From the NCBI GenBank assembly GCA_946965045.2, contig OX337229.1, positions 4,278,001 through 4,342,000 of the forward strand: a DNA stretch of 64,000 bases. Reading direction: 5' to 3'. Shown here piece by piece: positions 1-10,076 of the stretch; position 1 is the first letter of the stretch; each line of letters opens with the position of its first letter. This DNA is from Epithemia pelagica. Taxonomy: Eukaryota; Protista; Bacillariophyta. A program made the position numbers and the translations under genes. The notes beneath the pieces were generated by a model. The model worked only from the letters and a program-made list of their open reading frames with translations, did not search any database and was not told the origin of the DNA.

Positions 1-78
1 ACACCAACAGCAACCCCACCCAAGGACCAAGTTCTACTCAATGACAAGGAAAACAACCATCACTTACCTGCACAATGG

Positions 79-666
79 ATGGCAGACTACGAAAACCTGC
101 GCCAGTACATGATGGACAACAATCTCGATTCTGTTCATCAGTTGGTCCGTGATTCCCCTTGGGACAAGTGGGTCCAACAAACTCGACAGGAATGGCACCG
201 CTTTGAGCAGAATTCAGCATCTCAAGAACAACTACGATCGTCTTCCCAACAACGTATGCCATACGTAGACTCTGTATGTCCTCCAAACTTGGATTACGTT
301 AAAAACGAAACAACTGGGACACACATTGTGTCAGCCGCGGAGGCCATGTCCCAACTGGATCGTTATTGGAATTGGACATCTCGTCGAGCGGTACAATGGG
401 AACGACAATGGCAAGCCTTGGTCGAGTTTCAAGCAATGTACGGCCATACCTGTGTACCCATTTCGTTTCCCGACAATCCGTCCTTGGCGCATTGGGTCAG
501 TACGCAACGCAAACAGTACAATCAATGGCAACGCGGGAAAAAGACATGCTTGACCACGGAACGACGCTTGCGATTGCAGTCTCTCAACTTTGTTTGGAAT
601 CGATGGGATTATGAATTCGAACAAAAACAACGACAGGAACAACAAAACGATCAGATCCGAAATTAG
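79..666 (+). CDS. Helicase-associated (HA) domain protein
   Basis: C-terminal WERQWQALVEFQAMYGHTCVP...LAHWVSTQRKQY...LTTERRLRLQSLNFVW is a typical HA repeat, a family expanded in diatoms. The 5' end may extend beyond the window. Confidence 0.8.
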   Translation: MADYENLRQYMMDNNLDSVHQLVRDSPWDKWVQQTRQEWHRFEQNSASQEQLRSSSQQRMPYVDSVCPPNLDYVKNETTGTHIVSAAEAMSQLDRYWNWTSRRAVQWERQWQALVEFQAMYGHTCVPISFPDNPSLAHWVSTQRKQYNQWQRGKKTCLTTERRLRLQSLNFVWNRWDYEFEQKQRQEQQNDQIRN

Positions 667-1081
667 TAAAAGGCATAGTGACCACCGAAGCAACGCAACT
701 ACGTGCGTGTGTGGCAGGAGCAGATACAACGAAACCCTCCACTGCACCCTCTGCGCTCAAACGGATCCGTTCAACATTCGCCGCTTCTTGTTCAGCAGAT
801 CTCACTTTGCCCTTTGTCTTTGGAATGAGACACATGTACCCTCGATAACAACTCACCTCCCATATCCTGAGGGGCCACACTTGGAGACAAACGACACCAA
901 ACAGTTTTCAGAGTTCTAGATCTCCAGGACAATGTTACAATCATTGGAATTGGAACTTCTGAACGACACTCTGCTGGAAACCTAGGTACTCTAGCACAAC
1001 CAAAAACCAAATGACTTTAAGAATGGAATTGATTCACCACACAACTTGTAAAGTAGGTCACTATGATTCAGTATCAAGTCT

Positions 1082-1944
1082 TTACGACTTTTCTTGAGTG
1101 GTGCTGGCCTGAGTTATGGAGAGGACTTTTCACGTGGCTTGCCGGTCCTGCATCATTTGCTGGACCAACTCAACAAAGCCGTCGGGGTCATCCAAGTTAG
1201 GAATACAATGCGAGCTCAAGTCTGCGGCTGCAACGACAAAGACTGTACCCTTGGCACTGTCGAAACAAGTTTTCCGTATGACGACCTCGGAAATTTCATC
1301 GAAGGGCATCTATAACACAATGAACATGTATTGATGGATTAATTCAAAGAAGAAAAACACTTTGAAATTTTGCAGCGACGGCAAGTTAGGTCACAGGTAC
1401 TTACCACTTGGGACATTGGGAAACGGAGATTGAGATCCATGCAAATGCCTCGCTAAGTTACTGCGATATGCCTGCATCTGACAGTCTTCTCCTTACGATT
1501 TCCATTCCCAGTCCAATCAATTATGCAAGTGGCTGTGCAAAAGACAAACCAACAAGGGAGCACAAACGCGCCGATGCCCCTATCTTCGTAATCGGAAAAC
1601 GATTTTGTCATCAATGAAAACAAAATAAGCAACCACCAAAATGCAATAAAAGTGCGGCAAAAACAGCAAGCCACGCTTTTCGACAATTCGTCACTGGTAT
1701 CAAAGACGGCAACCAAATCCGACGAGTCAATCTTGTCCTCAAAATACGTATCGGTCCAGGTTCGTTCTCTGCGCAACACCAATGTACCTTTCTCGAGGGA
1801 ATCATCCGAAGTTTTAGTGGAGGCCTCTTCATCGTACGCTACTGCCGCATAGATACGGGCATCTTTTCGTTTCATTGTATTGGTACTTGACATCAAAGGT
1901 TCCCCTCTATTAGACATGGATCGCGACAATTGAAGACTCTCCAA
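1082..1944 (-). pseudogene. Copy 1 of a two-exon small membrane protein gene, with an in-frame TAG
   Basis: Paralog of 2682-3506 with the same intron (1404-1310). In-frame TAG at 1453-1455 (HIAVT*RGICMDLNL) where copy 2 reads HIAVTNQGIRVDLNL. Confidence 0.65.
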
Positions 1945-2294
1945 CTCTGACGCAAAACTCTATCTACCACTGGCGTTGGCTTAAGAAGTATGATAATACC
2001 CAACGCGTGTAACAAAAGGTTGTATCATCCGATGGAATGTCGATTGGAGACAGATCTGGATGAGAGGAACGTGATTAGATGCATGTGGGGGACGGTGGAA
2101 GGGCTCAATTCGGAAGCACAATAGAAAACCTCAGATTGTTGATCACTATCCCACGCCCCACTACGGTAAATGCGACTGCAAACTGCTGGAAACCTAGGTA
2201 GGTACTCTAGCACAACAAAAAACAATGGGGCGACTGTTTATCGTGAGGTCGATATGGAATTGATTCACCACACAACTTGTTAAGTAGGTCACTA

Positions 2295-2677
2295 ACTCCA
2301 TACCAGACTGTGTAGGTAGTTCGTCTCACATTTTTATACTACAGTAGGAATTTTTTGTAGGACCGGGAAGTAGTTTCGTGCGGGTCGCGCGGTTTCCCTC
2401 TCCTGTGTGACACATGCGTGACACTTGTGTGACATATCTTCCATGCATTCTCACTACCTACGATACACCCTACACAGCTTGATAGGGAGTAAGTTTACTA
2501 CTTCCCTGTGTCTGGCCGTCCTCTCGCGTCGGGCGCGCCCGGGTTGTCGGGAGAATGACTCGACGGGCAATTGTCTTGTCGGGCGTGCGCCCTCCTCGAC
2601 CATTGCCCTCCTCGTCATTCTACCCTCCGCGCCGGGCGGTCCCTCCTTGAAAGGACTCGACACCGGGAAGTATTAAT
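2295..2677. other. ~380-bp structured insertion present only in duplication unit 2
   Basis: Unit 1 reads gtaggtcacta-tgattc-agtatca. Unit 2 has ~380 bp between gtaggtcacta and agtatca. The insert has a GC-rich part and several internal inverted repeats. Confidence 0.65.
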
Positions 2678-2681
2678 AGTA

Positions 2682-3506
2682 TCACGTTTGCGACTTTTCT
2701 TGAATGGTGCTGGCCTGAGTTTTGGACAGGACTTCTCCCGTGGCTTGCTGGTCCTCCATCATTTGCTGGACCAACTCGACAAAGCCGTCGGGGTCATCCA
2801 AGTTAGGCATGCAATGCGAGCTCAAGTCTGCGGCTGCAATGAAAATGACCGAACCCTTGGAACCGTCGAAACAAGTTTTCCGTATGACGACCTCGGAAAT
2901 TTCATCGAAGGGCATCTATAACACAATGAACATGTATTGATGGATTAATTCAAAGAAGAAACACTTTGAAATTCTGTAGCGACGGCAAATCAGGTCATAG
3001 GCACTTACGAATCGGGACATTGGGAAAGCTTTCTGATTGAGATTGAGATCCACGCGAATGCCTTGATTCGTGACTGCGATATGCCCGTAGCTGAGAGTCC
3101 TCTCCTTACGATTCCGATTCCCAGTCCAAAAAAACACGATGCCAGGGGCTGTGCATAAGAACAAAAAAGGGAGCAAAAACGCGTCGATACCCCTATATTC
3201 ATAATCGGGAAAAGATACTGCCATCAATAGAAACAAAACAAGCAACCACGAAACTGTAACAAAAGTGCGGCACAAACAGCAAGCCACACTATTCGCCAAT
3301 TCGTCACTGGTATCAAAGACGGCCACCAAATCCGACGAGTCAATCTTGTCCTCAAAATACGTATCGGTCCAGGTTCGTTCTCTGCGCAACACCAATGTAC
3401 CTTTCTCGAGGGGATCAGCCGACGTTGTAGTGGAGGCCTCTTCATCGTGCGCTACTGCCGCATAGATACGGGCATCTTTTCGTTTCATTGTATTGGTGCT
3501 TGACAT
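2682..3506 (-). CDS. Uncharacterised protein with two TM segments (exons 3506-3009 and 2915-2682, ~243 aa)
   Basis: GTAAGT donor at 3008 and TTATAG acceptor at 2916 join ...PMSRF to MPFDEISEVV... in frame. Two hydrophobic segments (VACCLCRTFVTVSWLLVLFLLM; GIDAFLLPFLFLCTAPGIVFFW). Confidence 0.65.
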
Positions 3507-4180
3507 CAAAGGCTCCCCTCTTAGACATGGATCGCGACAATTGAAGACTCTCGAACTCTGACGCAAAACTCTATCTGTCACTGGCGTTGGCTTAAGAAGT
3601 ATGATAACACCCAACGCGTGTAACAGAAGGTTGTACAATATCTCACTCCTCTCGTAGATGGAATACAATATGGAATGCCGATTGGGGGGGACAGACCAAA
3701 AGTGCGGGCACGTGCTTAGCATGGCGGGGCTCAATTCGGAAGCAGAATATAAACATCGCCTTGTTGATCGTTATCACGCCCCACTAATGTAAATGCGACT
3801 GCAAAATTCTTTCAGAAGCAAAGAGCAATGACAATGGGTCCATTCCATTCGAGACATACGGCGGGTCCAACAAAGTCCTCATGTCCGTCGCATATCTCAT
3901 TTTACACCCATGGATTCCAACACTTGAAAAGAACTTCTTCCTTTCTAAGGCTATGGTGCACGCCAGAGGGCCTGGTTTCGTGAAGCATGGTTCTACATTT
4001 AGAGTCACAACAAGGTGGACCTTCAATTCATTCAAGTTACATAGTTGGATCTTTGGCCATTAACATGTGGATCATTATCGATTATCTATGCAAGAAGGAA
4101 ATACGAATACTCCATCGCTAGTTTCGTGGAGGACCAGTTGATGTCTCGAAGACCAGAGGTCTTTGTTGGTGAACTCTGTT

Positions 4181-5554
4181 TTAATTTCCTGTCCAAATGG
4201 ACTGCAATCGGTGGGTACGAACCATGCGACGCCATTTTTTGGGTGACACAATGGAGCTGCGTCGACGACGAACAAGGTGACGGGAATTCTTTTTATGAAC
4301 CTCACGGGGTGTGGTGGAAGACAAATGATGGTCAAGAGACGGGGCAGGGCAAGACTGAACGGACAAGACTGACGGTGCTCGTGTGGTGTGAACCTCCTTC
4401 TCCGCTGAATGCTCTGTAAATGCTGCGACATCCTCTTTTCCGCCCTGTTCCTGTGTGTCATTGTTGTCCAAAAGTGGCATGGAAGCGATACTGTGTTGCG
4501 TGGAGGCGACGCTGACATCGTCGGAAACAAAAGGATCGGCAGCTTTCTTGCAGTCATTATTGGGAGGGACATTCGCAGCCATGTAGGTTGCGCTGTTGCC
4601 GTCATGGTTGTCATTCTCGTTGGTCTCAGGAATTGCTTCTACATCCATGGGAGTCTCCTGCACCTGTTCAATGTCGGTGTCGTCGTTCAAGACAGTGCTC
4701 TCTACTGGATTTTTGTCCAGTTGTGGAGGTGATTCCTTGTTGTTGGTCTCCGAAAAATTATTCTTTTCATCGCAGCCGGTGGAATCTTGACTGTCACTGC
4801 CAAGAGGGACATCCACGCCTGATTCTGTCTGGTTGCGGTTTTCATTTACATCATCGTCGTCATCGGTTTGGAAAGCTTCTTCCACATCCATGTTGGTCTC
4901 ATCCTGCTTCTCAACTTTGGAACCCGCCACCATGAGAGGATTCGACTGCTTGAAGTCCTCCTGGGATGGATTGTCTTGAGGCAGTTCTTCTTTGCTAGTC
5001 TCAACAACGCTCTTATTATCGTCTGTTGTGGTGACAAGCGTGGTCTTGGTCTCTACCATCATGGGAGTCAGTGTCTCATTACCCTCCTCCTCGGCAAACT
5101 TCCCCTCTGTTTCTGTTGGCATTGCTTTATTGCCATTCTCCGAGTCGTCGTCGTCGCCGCTGTTGCAGAGTTCAACGAATGATGTCGGCATGGTCTCAGT
5201 CGTCTTCTCATGGTCAGGCGAAGTGTCGAAGACAGCGGTAGATTCTTGAGCTTCTACCTGCTCTGTGGTATCCGGCTTTGCCGCAGACTTCGCTGTCCAG
5301 TCGCGCCATTCTTGTTTGGCCAATGTCACTTGACGTTCAATTTCTCCAAGTTCCTCTTTGGCGTTGGCAATGTCGTCTTGGTACTGAGCTTGTTCTTGCT
5401 TGATACGATGTAGGATTTGCGTGGTTTCGACATCCACCTGTTGAATCACTTGTTGGACATGCTCCAATTGATCTACCAAATGGTGAATCTGTGTGCTTGT
5501 TGTTGTTCGTAAGGAGGCCTGGTCGGTCGGGTTGCTTTCGTGAATTCGGTTCAT
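4181..5554 (-). CDS. Acidic low-complexity protein with N-terminal coiled coil
   Basis: Long ORF. First plausible ATG is MNRIHES. Heptad-like Q/E/L-rich region followed by a D/E/T-rich disordered tail. No family recognised. Confidence 0.6.
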   Translation of the reverse strand: MNRIHESNPTDQASLRTTTSTQIHHLVDQLEHVQQVIQQVDVETTQILHRIKQEQAQYQDDIANAKEELGEIERQVTLAKQEWRDWTAKSAAKPDTTEQVEAQESTAVFDTSPDHEKTTETMPTSFVELCNSGDDDDSENGNKAMPTETEGKFAEEEGNETLTPMMVETKTTLVTTTDDNKSVVETSKEELPQDNPSQEDFKQSNPLMVAGSKVEKQDETNMDVEEAFQTDDDDDVNENRNQTESGVDVPLGSDSQDSTGCDEKNNFSETNNKESPPQLDKNPVESTVLNDDTDIEQVQETPMDVEAIPETNENDNHDGNSATYMAANVPPNNDCKKAADPFVSDDVSVASTQHSIASMPLLDNNDTQEQGGKEDVAAFTEHSAEKEVHTTRAPSVLSVQSCPAPSLDHHLSSTTPREVHKKNSRHLVRRRRSSIVSPKKWRRMVRTHRLQSIWTGN

Positions 5555-5783
5555 GATGAATATGGACTTGCTCTCTTGATATCTTGGATTTTGATTTTGT
5601 GAGCATTCCGATTTGAGTCCGACGAAGAGAACACTTTGCATGAAAACTTCATACCACAACAAAAGCGGTCATCATCGCACATCATCGCACACAACGAGAT
5701 TTGATGCCGACCGGGACCGTCTGGACGTCCGCAGGAAAGGAGGGTTTCAAAAGCTAATGCGATTCGGAACTCGGAACCCGGAG

Positions 5784-6134
5784 ATGCCAAAAATGCGAGT
5801 AAACTCGTGTGCAGTACGGCAAATCATTTGGCGCGCAAACATTCAGGGACCATGGCGACATCCCAACTACGTCCTCCAATACGACCTCGACTGCGTTTAC
5901 ATGCGCAACAACAACCATGCCTCTAGCACAGTCTATGATAACATCATCCGCCTCCTCACAAACCGCGGATTTGAATGGCACCAATACTCCTGCTGGAGAG
6001 TCGACAACAAAACAGCCTTCGGTGCAAACTACGACGCGAACTTCGTCGCCACCCAAATGGAACTACGCTTCGGGGTCGGTATCATTCCACGCCTCCATTA
6101 CGAGCGTCGAACGAATTTCTTCGTCGTTCGCTGA
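5784..6134 (+). CDS. vapD: VapD/Cas2-like ferredoxin-fold nuclease
   Basis: YVLQYDL...TVYDNIIRLLTNRGFEWHQYSCW matches the VapD/Cas2 pattern (hydrophobic strand ending in D-L, helix, GF-x-x-x-Q-x-S-x-aromatic). Start ATG is uncertain (5757, 5784 or 5793). Confidence 0.72.
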   Translation: MPKMRVNSCAVRQIIWRANIQGPWRHPNYVLQYDLDCVYMRNNNHASSTVYDNIIRLLTNRGFEWHQYSCWRVDNKTAFGANYDANFVATQMELRFGVGIIPRLHYERRTNFFVVR

Positions 6135-6162
6135 AGACGAAATCTCGAAGCAACAAGCCGAG

Positions 6163-6666
6163 ATGGAAGCACTGCTGTCTGCTCAGAAAGGCCAAGGAGA
6201 CGGCCCTGCCAAGAAAAAGCGCCGGAAGACGGTAAGGGTACCGACGCTGACAGAAACGCATCTGAAAATCCGAGCGGTTGTCGACGCGGGAGAAACTTGG
6301 GAGCTGGAGTTGGAGAGTAAGCACGGCCTTTCAGATCTCGAAGCTTGTGTTTGTGTTGGTCTAGTTGCCAAGTACCAACATCAAGACTCTTTCCCTGCTT
6401 CTGAGCCTGGAGCCAATCAAGGGTTAGTCGACCACGCCAGAATCGGGTGGCGCCTCATGAAGGAAAGCATGGTAATGATGAACAAGTACCCCCAAGAATC
6501 TTGCGAGCAGACGAAAATCAACTACGAATGGAAAATGATCACAGGAGAACCAACACTGAAGGAATTGAAAGAAGAACGCGAGCGCAAGATCGCAGCACGA
6601 AAGCGCAAGACCTCCCTGCGTCATCCAAAAGTAGATGAAAACGAAGTGTTGGGGAAAAATAAATAA
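6163..6666 (+). CDS. Uncharacterised basic protein with NLS-like motifs
   Basis: ATG lies 28 nt after the vapD-like stop. Contains PAKKKRRK and RKRK. The frame is open back to 5809, but that S/T-rich part looks like a shadow of the vapD-like codons. Confidence 0.55.
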   Translation: MEALLSAQKGQGDGPAKKKRRKTVRVPTLTETHLKIRAVVDAGETWELELESKHGLSDLEACVCVGLVAKYQHQDSFPASEPGANQGLVDHARIGWRLMKESMVMMNKYPQESCEQTKINYEWKMITGEPTLKELKEERERKIAARKRKTSLRHPKVDENEVLGKNK

Positions 6667-6838
6667 ATATTGTCAATGATCAATTCAGCAGCATCTTTGC
6701 TTCTCAAGCACGGACTCTGCTTCGTCCAACGACAATGACGGAGGTGACACCAGCAGTAAGCGAAAGGCGGCTAATCATTCCCCAGACTTGTTCGGGACGT
6801 TCACAATCCGCTGTGTGCTACAAATCGATCTCCAAACT

Positions 6839-7623
6839 ATGCCGATCTTTGTGAGAGGAGAATTGTTGCAAAGGTCGCTTGCCAACTCAACCGAGGGCGA
6901 AGATGAGGAGGAATCACGAACAACAAAGTTGATGGCAGAAGACAACCAGTCAGCCCTGATGCGAACTGTTCTGCCCTCTTACGATGAAGAAAGTCAAATT
7001 GTCGCCTCAGATCCAAAGAATGCTTTGGATGTGATTCAGAGAACCATGAGTGCCACAACCAAAACGATTTCCTTACCGAATGATTTGACTTCGCTTTATC
7101 ATCAATGTCCTATCATTCCTTTGTGCGACACCCTGTGTGGGCAGTGCCTCCAATGTCTGTAGTCGAACCCATTGCGGAATATGATACCCGCCAAGATATC
7201 AAGGAAGATTTCGTCCATACATCTCCGAGAAAACTCGCTGTTGATACCAACTTTGCGGGTGGTGTTACCACTAGTCAAATGGGGTATTCATACGGATCAA
7301 CTGGTTCGGCTGACTTGAGCACCTACGACGTTAACCCGATTCAAAGCTGGGAAAAGACAAGGAGACGCAACGCCAATGTACCAACTCGCCCAAATCTAAG
7401 CGTACTGACTGATGCAGAGGACGAATCAAGGCAAGATCAAACCATGCGTTACAACTTCAGAGAACCACATCAACCTTCAGCAAGAGATTCTTCTCTAGCG
7501 ATGCTTGGAGAGGATGACGCCGACGCTGGAGAAGATGAACCCTCCCGAACTCGTATTCTATGGCATGATGAATCGAATGGGAATGGCGAAAAAGTGGCAA
7601 AATCAAGTCTAATTCAGTGTTGA
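6839..7623 (+). pseudogene. Possible degraded or intron-containing gene (two overlapping ORFs in different frames)
   Basis: ORFs 6839-7162 and 7105-7623 have protein-like composition and need a frameshift or intron to join. No family recognised. Confidence 0.3.
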
Positions 7624-7807
7624 CTTTGGAATTAGTGACTTATGACTTCACAACCCTGATTCGAAAGCTTGGAATTCTATTGTAATCGAAGCTACCAGCC
7701 AGCCGACCTTCACCATTGCAAGTTTGTTCTCACCCATTGCTTTGTCTGGTTGATTCCCTTGGCTACCGTTGTAGACTATCTTGAGAATATTATGAGCTGA
7801 ATTGGCT

Positions 7808-9943
7808 TTACGTCTTTTTGAGACTCTTGCTTTCTTCTCTGCTAGTCGTGGTAGACGACACATCCTTCGGAAGTTTCAAAATTCCGGCAAATACATCGGT
7901 TGACGAAAACAGTCCTTCATTGGGAGGAGTAAAGGCCAATGGAGTTGTACTCGATCGTTTTCGTTTGTTGGAATTTGGTTGTTGCTTGCGTTTTTGTTTT
8001 CGTTCTTGTTCAATCAGTGACTTGTACGACAAATCCAAAAAATCGTCTACATTGTGCAAGGGCAAGGCTAATTCTTCTGCCGTCCCCAACGAGGCGGCCA
8101 TAGTCGCCACGGCAGGATAATAATGCGTGCTCAAGGCGGACAATTCCCACAAACTACTCTGCAAAGCATTGGCCTTGGCGGGATCGTCAGTCGTGGCATT
8201 GTACGCATCGTCCAAAGATGAATCAGTACGATGCAAGAGGCATTGTGTTTCGGGATGCTTGCGAAACCAATTCGACACCATGGCGAGTGCTACCAAAATG
8301 CCCGCCGGCGGGGCCGAGGAAAGGGCACTGCGTAACAATCGCTTGCCCATTGCGGCCACCACATAGGCAGGTAGCAAGTCATTGCGCGAGATGGACTTGT
8401 CCAACAATTGAAAGAACCGATTCCGATACTTGACGGTGAACAAGGTGGGACGAATCAGTTGGTATAATTGCGAATAGTAACTCGGATACTCCAATCCATG
8501 TTGCGTCATGAGGTAAAACAAACCATCCAAGGCCAATATCGGGATCATTGAATTCGTTGTAATGGTTTGTGAATCGTCATCATCAACTTCTTTGTCTTGG
8601 GTGGTAGTTGTTGTTGTTGTCGCGTTGGTGGAATAGGCTTGCATGAAAAAGTCAGTAAAGACGAGTGGTTGGTGTACAACGGGTAGCACATGTTGGGGTA
8701 AAAACAATAGGGCTTGTTTCAAACATGAAACGGGTAACCATGGCAATCTCAAAACGGCCAACCACGCCTTGCACCATTGTCGACGATGGTACTGCAGCGA
8801 TTGCATGGGCCATCGTTTGGGTGTTGATTTCGTTACCTTGGAAGGTGGCTCTTGTTCCTCGTCCTCTTCATCATTCTCAACTTGCGATGGAGTGTCATCT
8901 TCATCGTCCGAAGAAGAATCGTCGTCATTGTCGGAACTACTATCAGAATCTTCATCCTCGTTGGAAAGTGTTGCATCAGTCAGTGGGGCAAACAAAAAGG
9001 AAGACTTAGTACTGCTGTTGTTGCCGTTGCTTTGAGGATTGTCCAAGTCGTCTTGTGAGGCAACCAGAGGAATGAGAGTCAACAATTGAAACAGTCGTTC
9101 CGAGGCGAGTGCCAAAGCAGACGAGGACATGGGTGCTTTGGTGGTGGTCATACCGCCTTTGGAACGTTTCTGGTCATCTCCGGGTTCTTGATTATGATGA
9201 CTGTTATAAAGTTGATGTGCCACAGTTCGAACATGGACCATCGTGTAGTATTGAACGTCATAAAAGGGTTGAATGAATTCGTATTGGACCATGTGTTGTA
9301 TAGACTGATCCCACAAGGGCAAGTGCGTCATGGCCTCAATCCATTCTTGCAACAGATTGTCATCCAATCGCTTTACTCTTGCAGTACTGGTGGTGGTGCT
9401 GGTTGGACGGACGGCTATCGGAGAGGAGGCCACGACACCCCAAAAGGTTCGTACAGCCGTTCGTTTGCCTTGTTGAATGCGATGTTGCAATTGTCGTCGA
9501 AATTGTACATGACGTGCTTGCAAATACTGTTTCCACTTGGCTTGAGCTGTGGTGGACGACCCGTCGTCGTCCTCCACGAAATATTTCTCGTGTACTTGTG
9601 GATGCAATTGGACAAAGAGGCGTCGCAATTCGTCCAATCGAGCCGCATCGGTGCGATCGTCCAACACGGATGGACGGTCTCCTTGTTGCAACAACCGTTC
9701 CATCTGTTGAGCCATGTTTTGTTCTTTTGTCATTGTGGATGTTGACATGGTAGTGGCGCCACTGGTCTTTCCGCCAGCGGACGACGACGCAATGGTCTTC
9801 TTGTGAGTGCTCATCGTCATGGTCAGAAGACGACGAGAGAGAAAAAATATTTCGTGGTCCTTCCACATCAAGTCTGACCTCCATCCGTCTGTCGGTCGCA
9901 TTTTTAACGGGGTCGCTCTTACAGTCGCTTTGGGTCGCGGCAT
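7808..9943 (-). CDS. NOC4: Nucleolar complex protein 4 (CBF/Mak21 family)
   Basis: ILALDGLFYLMTQHGLEYPSYYSQLYQL, KYRNRFFQLLD, LPAYVVAAMGKRL and ANALQSSLWEL...HYYPAV are NOC4 signatures. The true start may be an internal ATG. Confidence 0.9.
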   Translation of the reverse strand: MPRPKATVRATPLKMRPTDGWRSDLMWKDHEIFFLSRRLLTMTMSTHKKTIASSSAGGKTSGATTMSTSTMTKEQNMAQQMERLLQQGDRPSVLDDRTDAARLDELRRLFVQLHPQVHEKYFVEDDDGSSTTAQAKWKQYLQARHVQFRRQLQHRIQQGKRTAVRTFWGVVASSPIAVRPTSTTTSTARVKRLDDNLLQEWIEAMTHLPLWDQSIQHMVQYEFIQPFYDVQYYTMVHVRTVAHQLYNSHHNQEPGDDQKRSKGGMTTTKAPMSSSALALASERLFQLLTLIPLVASQDDLDNPQSNGNNSSTKSSFLFAPLTDATLSNEDEDSDSSSDNDDDSSSDDEDDTPSQVENDEEDEEQEPPSKVTKSTPKRWPMQSLQYHRRQWCKAWLAVLRLPWLPVSCLKQALLFLPQHVLPVVHQPLVFTDFFMQAYSTNATTTTTTTQDKEVDDDDSQTITTNSMIPILALDGLFYLMTQHGLEYPSYYSQLYQLIRPTLFTVKYRNRFFQLLDKSISRNDLLPAYVVAAMGKRLLRSALSSAPPAGILVALAMVSNWFRKHPETQCLLHRTDSSLDDAYNATTDDPAKANALQSSLWELSALSTHYYPAVATMAASLGTAEELALPLHNVDDFLDLSYKSLIEQERKQKRKQQPNSNKRKRSSTTPLAFTPPNEGLFSSTDVFAGILKLPKDVSSTTTSREESKSLKKT

Positions 9944-10076
9944 TGCTTTTCTTGACCCACGACGGAAGAAACGAAGACCATGACAAACGAGCAGCAGTCT
10001 ATCGAAGAACAGTAATTAGCAGCAGCATCACTTATCTAACCATCAACAGACGAGAAGAACAATTGACAAGAATTCA

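Larger units (their letters stand above)
981..3805. repeat. Tandem segmental duplication: unit 1 ~981-2182, unit 2 ~2183-3805
   Basis: ctgctggaaacctagg occurs at ~981 and ~2183. gtaaatgcgactgcaaa ends both units (~2166-2182 and ~3789-3805). Coding parts are near-identical, e.g. 1072-1330 vs 2678-2945. Confidence 0.9.

Noticed and set aside
5809-6162. S/T-rich N-terminus of the 285-aa ORF as a real mucin-like domain
   Set aside because: Explained by +1 reading of the C-ending codons of the vapD-like gene, and it begins with GTG. Kept only as an alternative model.
5600-7700. CRISPR-Cas locus implied by the Cas2-like fold
   Set aside because: No repeat-spacer array, cas1 or other cas genes anywhere in the window. 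The sequence is closer to the VapD pattern.
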